NCBI GenBank assembly: GCA_900088475.1
Contig: FLMG01001193.1
Location: 70,866 to 134,865, forward strand
Direction: 5' to 3'
DNA length: 64,000 nt
DNA from: Hyphochytrium catenoides
Taxonomy: Eukaryota; Protista; Hyphochytriomycota
Each line of letters begins with the position of its first letter. Within the stretch, counting starts at the first letter, position 1. Below are positions 50,268-63,057 of the stretch, piece by piece. Below the pieces are notes generated by a model. The model did no database searches, was not told where the DNA came from, and worked only from the letters and a program-made list of their open reading frames with translations. The translations under genes and the position numbers were made by a program.

Positions 50268-53200
50268 ATGGAAGGTGAGATCTTCCATGATACTGAGGAT
50301 GTGGAGCGGAGACTAGGGGAGGAAGCAGACTCTAAAGAAGGGAGCAGCAACCTAAAGATCGACTTGCAAGAGGAGGATATCGGGCAAATGATTACGGTGG
50401 TCGGGCATCAGGGGGAGCTCCTCGAGCTCCTTATAGACCGAAACGTGACTGAGACGGGCACGCAAGGATTCCGCAGCTGCCTCAAACCGTTGTCAGACTT
50501 GCATCAATTGAGGGAACGGATCCATAGGAGGCTAGCGCAAGAAGCAGAAAGACAGGAAAAGACAAAGGAGCAGGATAAGAAGGAAAGTGCTGGTGCCATT
50601 GGCGGTAAAGTAGAGGGAAGTACTGGGGAGAAAGGCTTTGCAGACCTCTTTCCAACCATTAGCGAAAAAGGGGGGAACAAGGAGAGAATAAGCATCGACC
50701 AGAGCAAAGTGGAGAACAAGAACGAGGAGGAGAAAGAAAGGAGAGACACTCTCAACAAGCGGGCTTCTCTCCCCTCTTTTGGCCCTCTTCCATCATCTAT
50801 CAATGATAAGACAATGGGCACGCTCTGCGAGGAGGTAAATGCCTTTCTTTCCTGGCCTTCAGTCCGCACCTGCGATGAGCTTAGAGACTACGCCAGCAGC
50901 TGTCTCTCAAAACTTTCTACCTCGCCCCCGCCGACCCTGTCGGCTGTAGATTTTGTACTACAGCCATTTGAACTTCGATCAGTGACAGTTCAGCGCGGTG
51001 CCAAGTATGAAGCATGCGTTAATATGCCGGATGAAGGTAATGTCCTCGTCTGGAAGTTTAGTTTGGAGGTAAGACAATGGAAGAATATGCGTTAGGCCAT
51101 GAGGGACAGCGGTTTCAAAAGAGAGAGTGAATTATCTCAGTAGTGAATCAGCAGTCTTGACTATAAGAGAGGGTGCTCAAGGTGGACTAGCATCCGCTAC
51201 CTCTTGATAGACATCTCTCCTCTATGGCTTTACGCTTCCCCTCTTTGCAAGGTCTATCCCTGGGGGTCATCGTTCTCGCTAAAGTGAGTACTGAAGCGAC
51301 TAACTACTTGACATACCTTTGCCTTTCCTTGTAGGACTATGACGTTGACTTTAGCATCTCCTTCCTTGCTACCAACAGCAAAAAGCGGACGGAGGACGGA
51401 GAAACCATGGTCGTGGAAACGGTTACTAGGGCCCTTGCTGGGCAAAAGTACCAGGGCTCGTTTGTCTGTACGCATCTTTCCCTTCACCCGCTCGCTCATC
51501 TCACCATCAATGCCCACCTCGGCTTTTGTTTGGCTGTAGCTCTTTTATTTTCTCCCTTTCTTGCCTTTGAAGTCCTGATGGCTAGGTTTTTGCTCTTTCT
51601 GGCCCATTTTTCCTCCATCCGTCTCACTTAGAGTTAGGCTGTCGTCCCTGTCGCCAATCTGTGACTGTCAGCTCTATAACCTGATTTTAGAATTATCCAA
51701 AATGTGATAATCTGCTTCGGACGTGCTTAGGTCCGGGTCCTGGTGTGGCAAACTTGTGCTGGGACAACTCATATTCCAGACTTCGAAGTAAAGTCATTCA
51801 CTTTGTAGCGGAGTGTATCGACAAAGATATAATGAGCTCGGCGGTTGAGGCGGCAGCAGCTTTATCTAGTATGAAAAAGGAAGAAGACCGGGAAAAGTTG
51901 GCGACTGATGAAGTGACAGAGTTGCAAGAAACCCTGCCAAAGAAAACCGAACCATCAGTCGGTTCTTTCTCCTGGTCTGGCACGGCCTGGAGTGTTCCTA
52001 GCATCTTTTCCTCTGGCAGAGCCAATGCCCTTACGAGTTCGTCCTTGGTCGCCACGTCAAAAGAAGGTATGCGTAGGCCCTGCTTTAAGCGTCCTGAGTG
52101 TTTTTCTACCGCAGAAGTACTAAGACGATAGCTGGCTGCTTCATAGAAGTTGCAGCTCCGGGCGGACCGCTACAGTCGGACGCAGCCCTCCAGGAAGAAC
52201 TGGAGAAGGCGAAAGAGCATCGACGATTGCTGGAATCTAAGCTGGTAAGAGTCTGATGCGTTTTGCTACCTTGCGAGCTAGAAGTGGTAGTTTAGGGGCC
52301 AATTCAGTCCTGTCACAGTCTTTATGAGTGCGCTCACTGATTGCTCATATGTATGCTTGCGGCTTATTCACCACTTCCCTCATCACCCGTCTCAGGACCA
52401 TATGGAGGATGAGCTAGCCAGCCTGCAAGGTCAGCACACGTTCAAGCTCTGCAACGGACCTCTTCCACTACTGAGATGAGGGGAGAACCTAACATTACTG
52501 TGACTGAATGGTGGGTTTATTGTCCATTAGCGCAAAGGGACCAGACGCTGGCGGCCTTGAAGATGATGAAGGTTGAGCAGGTGAGAGCTCGTCTGCTGAG
52601 GTTTGTGCAATTCAGTGGCCCAGTTTGCCAGGTGCTCTGTCTGATTTGCGGCCAACCGAGGTCTGCAAGAAGCACAAACCCCACTCTGCAACTCTTGCCT
52701 TCATATATAGTCACCTCCTAACTCTATTGCTACAATCTATCCAGGAACGTTTCGTTGCCAGGGAGAAATCAAGGGAAGAGAGCCTGCAGGTAAAGCTCGC
52801 ACTTGGACACTGAAAGACCACTGGTAGCCAGGCTGGAACTAAGTCTAATGTTTGGTCGTGCCAGAAACAAGTGCACTTCCTAGAGCTTAAAGTTAAGAGG
52901 AAGGAGGAAGCTGAACAGGTAAGCCTCTTATATTTTGAAGACCCTTCTTCAACCCTATAACGTTTTGAGAACCAACATACAGCGATGCGAGGGGCTGCAA
53001 AAAGGTCTAAGAAAGGCGAGACTGGAAAGTGAAAAGCTACAAAAGGAAGTTCAACGGCTAAGAAAGGTAATCGATTTAGATGCGTACAAACAATTATTAG
53101 ACGCCTACGTCTTAAAGGGCGCTATACGTTAAGGTGATCTACAATGGATCAGAGGAGCCGCAGGACGAAACGAGAAAGGAGGAGACTGGTCCCGAGATAC

Positions 53201-53795
53201 AGCACAAGGACCAGGATGAAAGGGAACTGAGGTCACAGCTGCAGGAAGAAAAGGAGAGAAGTACGTCGCTCTCTTCGTCCATCCTAGCGCTTCTTCGGGA
53301 AAACCAAACATTGAAAGCGCAGGTACGCAGCAGCATCACAAAGCCAAAAGCGTATGGTCGCTCCTAAACTGCCTTCATATCTGCTGTTTGCTCTTACCAC
53401 TGGATGTATCAGCTTTTAGAGCAGAAAGGAAAGGTAAGGGATGCGCGTGAACACTGGTCGGCCGGGTTTATATTCACATGCAATTGGTGAATAGATGAAG
53501 ACGTTGGCCCTAAAACTGGATGGCAAGAGCAAGAGCATTGACGGTAATGGTTCCCCTTCACCTCGTTTGGTGCACGTAATCTTAACTAGCTTATATACCC
53601 TCTCACCCACTCACCTATATCTCGCTCATTCCAATCCACTTACAAACGGCTTTCAATAACTCATTCGCAGCAAAGCTTCAGCTGGCAGAACAGGAGCTCA
53701 CGGAGCTGTCGTTAATCTCATTACCAGCCACTAGCGCACAACTGTATGATGTGAAGCATATACTATCCGGGCACCAAACTGGCACAGGACAGTAG
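50268..53795 (+). CDS. GOLD-domain protein with a C-terminal coiled coil
   Basis: VTVQRGAKY..VLVWKFSLE|DYDVDFSI..YQGSFVC..LCWDNSYSRLRSKVIHF, then heptad-rich short exons. Confidence 0.8.
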
Positions 53796-53917
53796 GAACT
53801 AGCAGCAGAACATCTGATGTGCAATCATGTGGGAGCCATATTACGTCCAACAGAGGTCCTTGTGGCACCAAGTCTGTTGTAATCCCTTCGTCTGAGAAGT
53901 GCCAGCTAGCCTGTCCA

Positions 53918-56900
53918 TCAGTAGTCGAGCTGCTTCAGAAGCTCATTTTTGTTCTTGGCAGTGTCAAGTGTCATTCTTTCTACGTTGGTTAGAACTTTCC
54001 GTCTCTTTTTCCTTTCGTCTTCAAGCTCCAGGAGAAGAGCTTCGAAACCTGTGTTTTTCCTCCTTACCGCTGCGGAAAAGGCTTCTAGTCCCAACGTGAT
54101 GAGCTATAAGAGAAGTAGTTAGCTTCACCGTGTGCTGGGTGGCACTTCAAGCTCATCACTCAGAGGCTGTAAGGGACAAATTGAGCTATTGTGTCCCTCT
54201 TAATTGTGTTCGCCTAACACGTTCTCCCGCTGCTTTTTCCCAACTATCATTTGTCCCCCTCTCTCCAATCCACAAGACCTACTAAGCCACATGGGGATAG
54301 ATATCTATACTCCCCTGCGTATCTAACTCACCATATCCTGTCTGATCGGCTCTTGATGACTTGGGTAGGCACAGTATTTAGACACCAGTTCGGAGCTCAT
54401 TCTTTGTTTTATGAGGACAAATGTGAAGCGCAGAGTTTCTAGGATGATCCGATACTGGTAGGAAGCCGATCGGGAGAAGCTACCGTCACCAGAGGCCAGA
54501 GTTCGAAGCTGCTTTGCATATGCAACGAACTTCACAGCGGTTATAACAAAGATTTCATAAACGTTGGCCTAACGCATTTATCAGAAGAGACATCGAGTTA
54601 GATGAGCACCAATGGACATTGCGAAAAAAAGGACGAGAGGCTTGGGTGGGATATAACCAACCAAGGAGCAAGTAAAGAGAGAAACGATTGACTAGACGCC
54701 AAAGTGTCAGTCTGACCAATTCCCATACTCACCATAATCGTAATTGGAGAGTTGATGCAGAGATCAAGGAGAAGAGCATGGCACTTGGGTTTCACAGCGG
54801 CCTTCAACTTCACTCGAAGCTGCTGCCATGGGGCACGGCCCCAACTTACCGTCAGGCTATCACGTATACTGGTGGACAGATACCTTCCAGCGTGGGGGTG
54901 TACATCAGCGACAAGACCCACATAATAGTTGTTGTATCTCATCACTCATTAAGCGCCCTGGCGCTCCTCTAGCATTCCACTCACCTTTGATAATCTGCAG
55001 AGATTTCAAGCGTGGCGGGATCAATGAGAAGGCCCACCCATGGAATCTTCGCTTTCGTGCTATCTAAGTGAGGTTGAGGTTGTGAGTGCTTAGACATTAA
55101 AGCCGTAACGTACTAACTCCCTTGGCCAGCTCTTTCCATATATCGATGACAGGAAAGCACCTCAACGTTTATCTCTCTGGCCTTGTACAATACAAATTTG
55201 AGTGCCCCGGCTAATCTCCCATCTTACCTGTTGCGTCTCTATCGGATAAATTTGTTAACGTCTTCTCATTAATGGAGCAGCCGAACTCTGGGAAGCCCCC
55301 TTTCATCTTATCCAGAAATCTGCTGGCAACCTCCTGATCGAGCGTGATAAGGAGAAAATCATCTACCAGGCGGAGAAGGAGATGTCGAGTTTCTGGAACA
55401 TCTAAAGGAGATTATGAAGACGAACGAGAAACGGCAGTTAGCCAAGAACGGTAGGAGAAGGATCCATCATAACAGCATATCCAGCTTAGATGTGAAAGTG
55501 AATTGGGACGAAGCAATTGTGAGGAGTGGGTCAAGTGTGCTAAGCACATATTCAGGGAGAAGATCTTGCTAGGATTGGAAGCAGTGGTGGATTGAAGACA
55601 CTCTTTCCAGTGAGAACTCGTCAGGCATACTAAACCGCTGTAGGCTGTAGCAAGTAACCTGCACATTGAGCCTTGCTTTCCCAAAGCTGGCCAAGGCACT
55701 CTTTCTCGACCTTCCCGTAGTAAAGGTTGCAAAGAAGGGTGGAGAGCACAGAGCCTTGAGGTATTCCCTGTACACATTGAACGAACATTGAATAGACCGC
55801 GTCGGAGAGTGTCATGACAACAAGGAAAACATTACGGATAAGGTTGACAAGAGTGACGCAGCTAAAACTATGCCCGGAGTTGCGGGGTTACAATGGGTAG
55901 AGGCCGAAATGACCAGAGTTACCTGGTGTTGCAGATAGTATTTGCCGTCGATACTGATGATATTGCGCCTGATATGTTCTTCGAGAAGATGTTTGATCAT
56001 TTGCCGCTGCAAGTACGAGTAGATGACGCCGTCCGTAAATACCTAATTTGAGCATGACATCAGAGGTAATCAGGAAGCAGTGAGAGGAAGGGGAATGAAA
56101 TGAGGTAGAGGGGCCCACCGATCGTGAATATCTTTTGCACAACTGGTGTGCCTTTGCTATGAACTCTTGATAATCTCCTGGCGAGCAGACATCTAACCTA
56201 AACTAGACGTCCGAAACGGACAACCCAGAGAAAGTGTAATCGTTAGATGTCAAATGGGCAGAAAAGTACAAGGACCCTAAACGTGCCATACCCTGGACAC
56301 CACTCGCTCTATGGAGGGGAGAGGATGCGTCACTTGATACTTTTGGATCAGGTATTCAGTCTCGGATAGGAGTCCAGATATCAACTCCTCAACGCGGTCC
56401 TGACGTATATTGTCGAAGCATCTTTGCACGTCCACGCGCACAAAGAACAAGCCGGGTGACCGACCACTCACCAGAACCTAGGGCAGAGGCGCTCAGTTTG
56501 TTTGAGACCATGTATATCACATCTCCTGGCCTTGTCATAGCACATGGTAGCACACCATCTAGTGATATCTCCCTTCCGAAGGCAGGGGTTTGTGACTTAA
56601 TCTACGCAACTATCACCTGAAGAGGACCCTACGACCCCGCGTCCACTAATTTCTTACTCTCTGAAGTGCTGTTTTGTATGGTAACAGCTTTTCATAGATG
56701 CCGTCATAGCCATATACTCCAGCTCCAAAGAGTCCTTGCCGATGGGTGCACTCATAGCTAAGTACCCTGAAAGGTCCTGCCAGGACTCGGTTGACGGAGG
56801 GCAGCGTCATTGAGATCCGGTTTTTGTTGTTCTTGATCACGGGACCATCTCCATCCTCTTGCATCTAATGAAAGGAATATCGAGAATTGACTGACAATGC

Positions 56901-59813
56901 TGGGATTGGGACAAAAAAAGATAAGGCAGGAGAGCGACGAATCGCGCTACCTCCACATATGGCTTTCGCGATGGTGCTGACAGATTCATGATAGGCCTTA
57001 GACTGTTCCGCTTGGGCAACAGCCTTAATTTGGAGGACCCAAACGTTCGAGATTTGGTGATTGTCAGAGCTTCGTCTGGGGAGAGAGGTGAGAAAAGCTT
57101 CCCAGCCATGTTCCTCACAGTTGCCGCCCTGCAAGTCATAAGAGTAAAATAAAAAGCCGCCATAAGCTTGTGATTCCAGAGAAAAATACCCTCAAGGGTC
57201 AACCCACTTGATACTTCTCCAGACATCCTTCATGAAAAAAACTACCCGGTTCTTATAGACTTCCGACTCTGTGGCATAGAAGTGGCTCTGTAAAAGGGGC
57301 AACGCCACATCGGTGACACACTAATGGCAAAGATGATTAGGACATCAAAGTTGAGCGCAAGCGCAAAGACAACCAAGTCAGAGTTAATCATGAATACCGC
57401 ATTGTATGAAAGCGCACTGACCCAGCTGAGAACATATCCCATTAGGTCCTTGCAAATGTTAAGCTCATTGGGGCTGTTGAAGAATGTCAATGGTGGTTAA
57501 CAAGGGTTAGTACATGAGAGGCAGCAAGGACGGGAGTACATGAGCAACCGGGCCTCACCACTTAAAGTTTGTAGAGTTGTTCAGCCAGGGGACCTGCTTC
57601 AAACAAATCTGGTTCAAGAACTAGCAGGCAATGTCAGATTAGTGGTAATATAAGCATATGAGGGGCTATGTACACCCATGGCTGCCTTAATATTCAGGGC
57701 AGAATAAGCTATCACCTACCACGTCTAGGTATAACTCTTCATATCTCCCACGAAGAACCAACTCAGCCACAGCCGAGAAGACGACCTTCTTATTACTCTC
57801 TGCTCCCCACAGCTCCGCAGGCAACAGTGAATCAAGTACAGAGGTAACGAATCTCAAGACCTGCGATGAAAGGTCAGTGTACTACACCGCCTTGACCCAC
57901 ACTAATCCTGTTACCTGGTGAGTTGGGGTCGCCGCGCTGATAATTTCAGACAGAGGCTCAGGCATGGCACCAGGCACTTCGTCGGATGTGCCGTGAGAAA
58001 CGGCATCCTCTTCCAATAGAACCGTCTGGTCACTCCCCTCCGGCTCAATAACATCTAAGAAAGGGTCAGCTTCACGGGAAGAACATCGGGGCAGGGTTTC
58101 TGCCGACGTTTCATCCTCCCATTCTTGGCTATAGTAGAGCTGGGTCGGAGAGTTCAGAGGGTCGACAAATTCATCGGCCTTCGCCTGCGTAGGGGAGGTT
58201 GTGGGTTGGAAAGTCATCTGACAGATGTGATGTGGAGGGAGAGAATTTGGAGATCAGTTCCACCTTTGCCAAACCAGACGACGTGGGCTGTACCTTGACC
58301 TGGCGGCGGAATATCGCCGAGATGTTGAGTTTACCATATCTCTCCAAGATGCCTTTAGCTAATGCCAGGAGCCGCTGCGCAAGAGCCCAGGAAAAATAAG
58401 TGATTAAATCGTTTGGAAGACATTGGGCTTATTCTCAAAGCTGTCAGCAAGAAAGGAGCTACTATGGATAGANNNNNNNNNNNNNNNNNNNNNNNNNNNN
58501 NNNNNNNNNNNNNNNNNNNNNNNNNNNNNNNNNNNNNNNNNNNNNACCAATCAGCCATGAAGAAGGAATTACGGACCTCGCCAGGGCAACGGAGCAGCCG
58601 GTTAAGTATATGATTTGCGGGAAAGCCTCGTTTAACACTGAAGGTTCCAGCGTAGAACAACGAGGACCGTGGGACAATCAATCTACTCTTGCTCATTGTT
58701 GGATAGGGGACGAAGTGCTCCCTCTTGTTGGAGGATGCTCTAACGTGAACACGCTCATTGGCAGCATTGACATAGTCTGCTATGGGATAACCTGCAAGCT
58801 GCCGAGAAGGGTCATAAGGCAATTAGCCGGAAGAAGGGGAGCTTAAAAGAACAGAAGAACTAACCTGAACATAGCATTTTTTCTCTAGGGGACCGAAAAT
58901 GGCCATATATTGAAGGAGATGGATCATCACCGCATCCCCTGCGTTTACGCACAAGGGGGGAGCAGGCTGACTCAGTAAATGCAGCATTAAACAGGAGTGC
59001 CCCATCCCAGGCTTACCGACACGTGACAGCAACAGCTTCCATGGTTCAGTTCGAAGTGTGCTCAATAGGGTGTTTGGGAAAAAGCATTCAACTCCATTAA
59101 ATGCCGTAGCCTCCAAATTTGGCCCTGGGCGAGCAGGCCGGTAGCCTTTGGACAGGACATTTTGACTTAATCCTGTTGCTTTGTGTCTTTCGAGGGCTTT
59201 GTGCTTCAGCTGTGCAGTTGCGGCTGTATTGGTCCGCACAAGAACCTGTCAAATCCTTAGTTATGAATCATCCATCATCCAGAATACTCAAATGCATCAA
59301 CCAACCTGGATGACTCTGTTGAGAATGTCTTCCTGCCAAATAGAGGTGAGCAAGACTAGCAAGTGCGTGTTATAACTCAGTGAATAGGTCTACCTGTGTG
59401 GAACTCTGCTCAAACGAAGTGATTGTTGTAGGGAACAGTAGTCCCTGGTCCAGCTCTGTGCCTCTTGGCTGGTGTTGCCGTGTGGAAGCAACCAAGACGC
59501 CAAGCAGCAGCTGCACATACCCCGGTGGGTCCTCTTCTCTGATAAGAATAGGGGCCCTTAACTGTGGTAGTGCTAATTGTGCTCTATAGATGAGCCTTGG
59601 AGACTCGATTAGTATGCGGCAGGGGCAGGGTACACGTGTCATACTTGGCGCTACTTACCGCTCCAAGTAGACCTTCAGCGAGCATGCTTCAGGAAAGCAG
59701 AACGAAATCACCGTCTGGACCAATAAGCTTTGTTCGTTTATCCTTGACTTCTTCGCAGCACGCCCTTCTCCGCCTCGCTTTCCGTAGGAATCCTGGACCC
59801 TGGGTCTCTTCAT
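53918..59813 (-). CDS. TERT: Telomerase reverse transcriptase (complete, multi-exon)
   Basis: TEN (EDPPGYVQLL, NVLSKGY, PNT..WKLLLSRVG), QFP, T (FYATESE), 1/2 (LRLLPK..LRPIMNL), A (FVRVDVQRCFDNI), B' (QGIPQGSVLSTLLCNLYYG), C (LLRLVDDFLLIT), D, E (IPWVGLLID) and a CTE ending QLDY*. Confidence 0.96.
58473..58545. other. Assembly gap (N run) within TERT, apparently intronic
   Basis: Run of n. Confidence 1.
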
Positions 59814-60076
59814 GGCTCAATTTCCTCGGCTGTGAATGTATATCTCAGCTCGCAGCACATGTCCCGTGGAATTGGAAGACTTCCAATCTGCGGGCATCAA
59901 CCGATGCAAGCGAGCGAGGCTGTGAGCAGGAAGAGAAAGAAGAGAGAGTCAGGAGAAGCGGAGAAGGCTGATGCTCCTGGCTCGTAACACAGGCATCACT
60001 TGTACTACTGTAAGAAGTTTTGCATAAGATCAGAAGCTCACCAGGAACTCGAGTCAAGTCTCCTTTAGCATCAGGT

Positions 60077-60093
60077 TTCGAAATTGGCGGGAA
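60077..60093 (-). promoter_or_regulatory. Candidate E2F + CHR composite element in the TERT/ORC5 divergent promoter
   Basis: Minus strand reads TTCCCGC-CAAT-TTCGAA (E2F-like site, 4-nt spacer, TTYGAA). Confidence 0.5.
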
Positions 60094-60347
60094 GACCTGG
60101 GCCAATTCCAAATAACATTTAATGGGTGGATATTGTTATGAACTGGTCTGGGTGTGGTTCCTGACAGAGTACATTCACGAAACTTAACGGCACACGAAAA
60201 ACTGTACTGTACTCGTAGAAAGACTCCAAGTGCAGAGATCGCTCCCAACCTTGAGTCACGCTCATTCATCGCTTTCCCCATCATCCCAGGTCCAGGAGAC
60301 TGCTCTCGCCATATGGAGCTTGGCCCTCCTTGACAATCTGGACTCTG

Positions 60348-62267
60348 ATGGAGAAGATTATTGAAAGATGGCCGGGAAGAGGGCAACAGATACAGCTGTT
60401 GTCAAACGTTATCATAGCGGTAAGGAAGAGCAGTCTTTTCTAGTTGCCGGCCTGCCACTTCACTAAAGAGTGTGAACAGGACGCCACCATCCGCGCACCG
60501 ATGATAGTCCTTTATGGAGCTCCTAGCCGAGATATGGCAAGCATTGTTCGGGAGGTCTTAAGAGAGCTGAGGAGAAGAATAATATACGTAAACTGCGTTG
60601 AGCTAGAACGGCCTGGAGAAGTCCTCAATTTGGTGCTTGATCAGATTGAGTTGATGAATAGAAGGGCAGAAGACAATGTTACTGCAGAGATCTCTACCCA
60701 AGAGCTCCCGGTCACAGTCGCCGATCCCACTCCGGCTGAAACGAGTGGGGCAGCTGTTCCCACGGACCATTGGGTCACAGAGTCCTTAGAGACTCCTGAA
60801 CTGTCACCGCCAGACCCGACTACCACAGCTGAGCCGGGCAGTACAGAGACCGCGAATGAATCGGTCTACAGCGATTTTCTTCGACAAATGACGAGTATGA
60901 CTGCTCTAAACAAAGCCACTTACTTGGTAAGCGGCCTCACGTTTATTGAGCTTCACTGTGTCCATTGGACTGATGGATAGCGTGCAAAGGTGCTCGATAG
61001 GGCGGACATGTTGTGCGAACTGATGAAGCCTCTCTTCCTCAGACTACTTGGCTGCCGTGATGTGGTAAGTTGGAACTGGAGCCATTGAGTGCTGGTCACC
61101 TTCTACTAACCAAGCGCTTTGTAGCCATCCTTCAACCTCTGTCCAATTCTGATTGTGTGGGGAGAGCTTAAGGATGCGTTCCGTGAAGCTGTGAGGCTGG
61201 ACCGTCCTTTGTGTCTCCACTTCCCAGCCCTAACAAGAGATATCCTTACCAATTTTCAGCGTTGTAGAGTGAAGACGCCTCATCGACTTTCTCAGCCTCC
61301 CTTTCTCGTTCAAATGTCTTCCTTGACTAGTCTTTGAAACACATCAGGCACACAAGCTAATCCGCGCACGCAGCGGCAGGCATAAGGTAGACCTTATCAT
61401 CTGCAATAAGAAGGCCTATTTCTTTAACCAACCTTTGGTGAACAGAACAAGAAGCTATTTGCAGCTTTCACAAGCAATGCTCTGGGGCAGATAGGCAGCA
61501 TTACGAGAGACTGGAGAGAGCTCTTATTTATCATAGAAAGCGTTTACAAGATCATAGAGCCGAAAGTGGTGGGCACAGAAGGTAAGCACTTTTTAGTCCC
61601 AGGAGTTCCCTTGCGCTGTCTGACTTCGAGCATAGTCGACGGGGCAGATCAAGACCCCACGTCGCACCAGATTGCCGTGATGATGAAAATTGCTCGACCA
61701 CATCTAAAAGCCGTCGTGGATAATCTGTACCACCATGACCTAAGCCTTCTTCGCCGGTCCGAGAGTCACATCTGCCAAAAAGACAGCCACAGTGCCTCAA
61801 CCGGTAAACCGGTACCTTGGGGTCCGACCGCTGATCTCAGCTACAGGGAGAAACTTTTGCTTATAGCAGCATATATTGCGGCATACAACCCGAAGGAGAT
61901 GGATGCCGATACGTTTTCAATAGGTTCAAGGGCCAAGAGACGAAAAGGAGGGGCTAAGCGGAGTAAGGCTGCGGAAGTTCCCCAGCAGCTGTTAGGAGCT
62001 ATGGCGTTCAGTCTGGACAGGCTTGCAGCCATATTTGGCTGCCTTGTACGAGAGTACTGCGATGCAGCTCACCAGCAAGCGCTCCGAGAAGTAGACATCC
62101 ATGTGCTGGTCTCCTCACTAACCAAGAACAGTTTGTTGGCAAGCGTCAAGCCTGGCGTTGAGTTGGATCAACCAAAGTATCGTATACAGGTGAATAGTGA
62201 CCTGGTTGAAGCTCTGGGAGAAGAACTGGACGTCCCCTATCGGAAACTTTTATATTGTGCCGTCTGA
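60348..62267 (+). CDS. ORC5: Origin recognition complex subunit 5 (degenerate Walker A)
   Basis: WPGRGQQIQLL, YVNCVE, YLVLDRADML, LHFPA and the ORC5 C-terminal motifs LLIAAYIAAYNPKEMD..F, QLLG..FSLDRLAAIF, LDQPKYR. Confidence 0.88.
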
Positions 62268-62816
62268 CCAACCTACAGGTTTGCCAAAGCCTCTGTTGCT
62301 GTAATTGCTGCAGCTAGACGTGGTTGGCAGGCACCTTGTTTCTAGACAAGATTCTTTCCTGCTTGCGCCCGGATTGGGAGGTTCCTCTACACGTGACCCC
62401 ATCCAGAGGGAAGTGAACCATTGCCAATAGCGAACGGCAGACTCCCAAGATGTCTCAACAAGTGCACAGCAAGTAACATTAGGACTGCCGCGTGACCGCG
62501 GCGGTCAAGAAGCCATAATCTAAGGGATGCATGCGAAGGGAGATGACCGGGATCTGTTGTGAGAAGAAACAGAAAACTTTGTGTACGGTAGAAAATTGTT
62601 CAAAGTGCTAGATCCTAATGCGACTATATCCAGACATTGTATGTAAAGTATGGTGTGCGTACAATACCCTCAACAGAGATAAGTATGGAAGACGGGCCCC
62701 AAAATTAGTAAATTATGACCTAAGACGATGAAGTACGGACAATCTGAGGATCACTGTTAGTTGAACAATAATTTGACTCTCCGTGGCGTTATTTGGGGCA
62801 CGGCAGGTTATTTGTA

Positions 62817-62836
62817 TTCGAATCTGTGGCGCCAAA
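62817..62836 (-). promoter_or_regulatory. Candidate E2F site plus TTCGAA upstream of GCP2
   Basis: Minus strand reads TTTGGCGC-CACAGA-TTCGAA. Confidence 0.4.
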
Positions 62837-63057
62837 CTCTGTCAATCCTTCAGGACGAGAAGTCTGATCCGCGATCATCAGACCGCGCAAACAGCCATCG
62901 GCCAACATCGGCATCATAGAGGCTTGGGATTCCCAGGACCGGGTACTATGGATGCAACAGCTGCCTCCGCTCGAGCGAACTGCAAGCTGGATTAGATGGG
63001 CCTCAGTCGGGACATCGAAAGGTGACAACTATACGTCGATTTAGTCCTTTCGGAGAT

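Noticed and set aside
53918-59813. RT domain as a retroelement (LINE/Penelope)
   Set aside because: It has TERT-specific TEN/QFP/T/CTE motifs and many spliceosomal introns, with no endonuclease or terminal repeats.
62493-62507. Palindrome TGACCGC-G-GCGGTCA between ORC5 and GCP2
   Set aside because: I noticed only one occurrence, and 7-bp arms are not distinguishable from chance in 64 kb.
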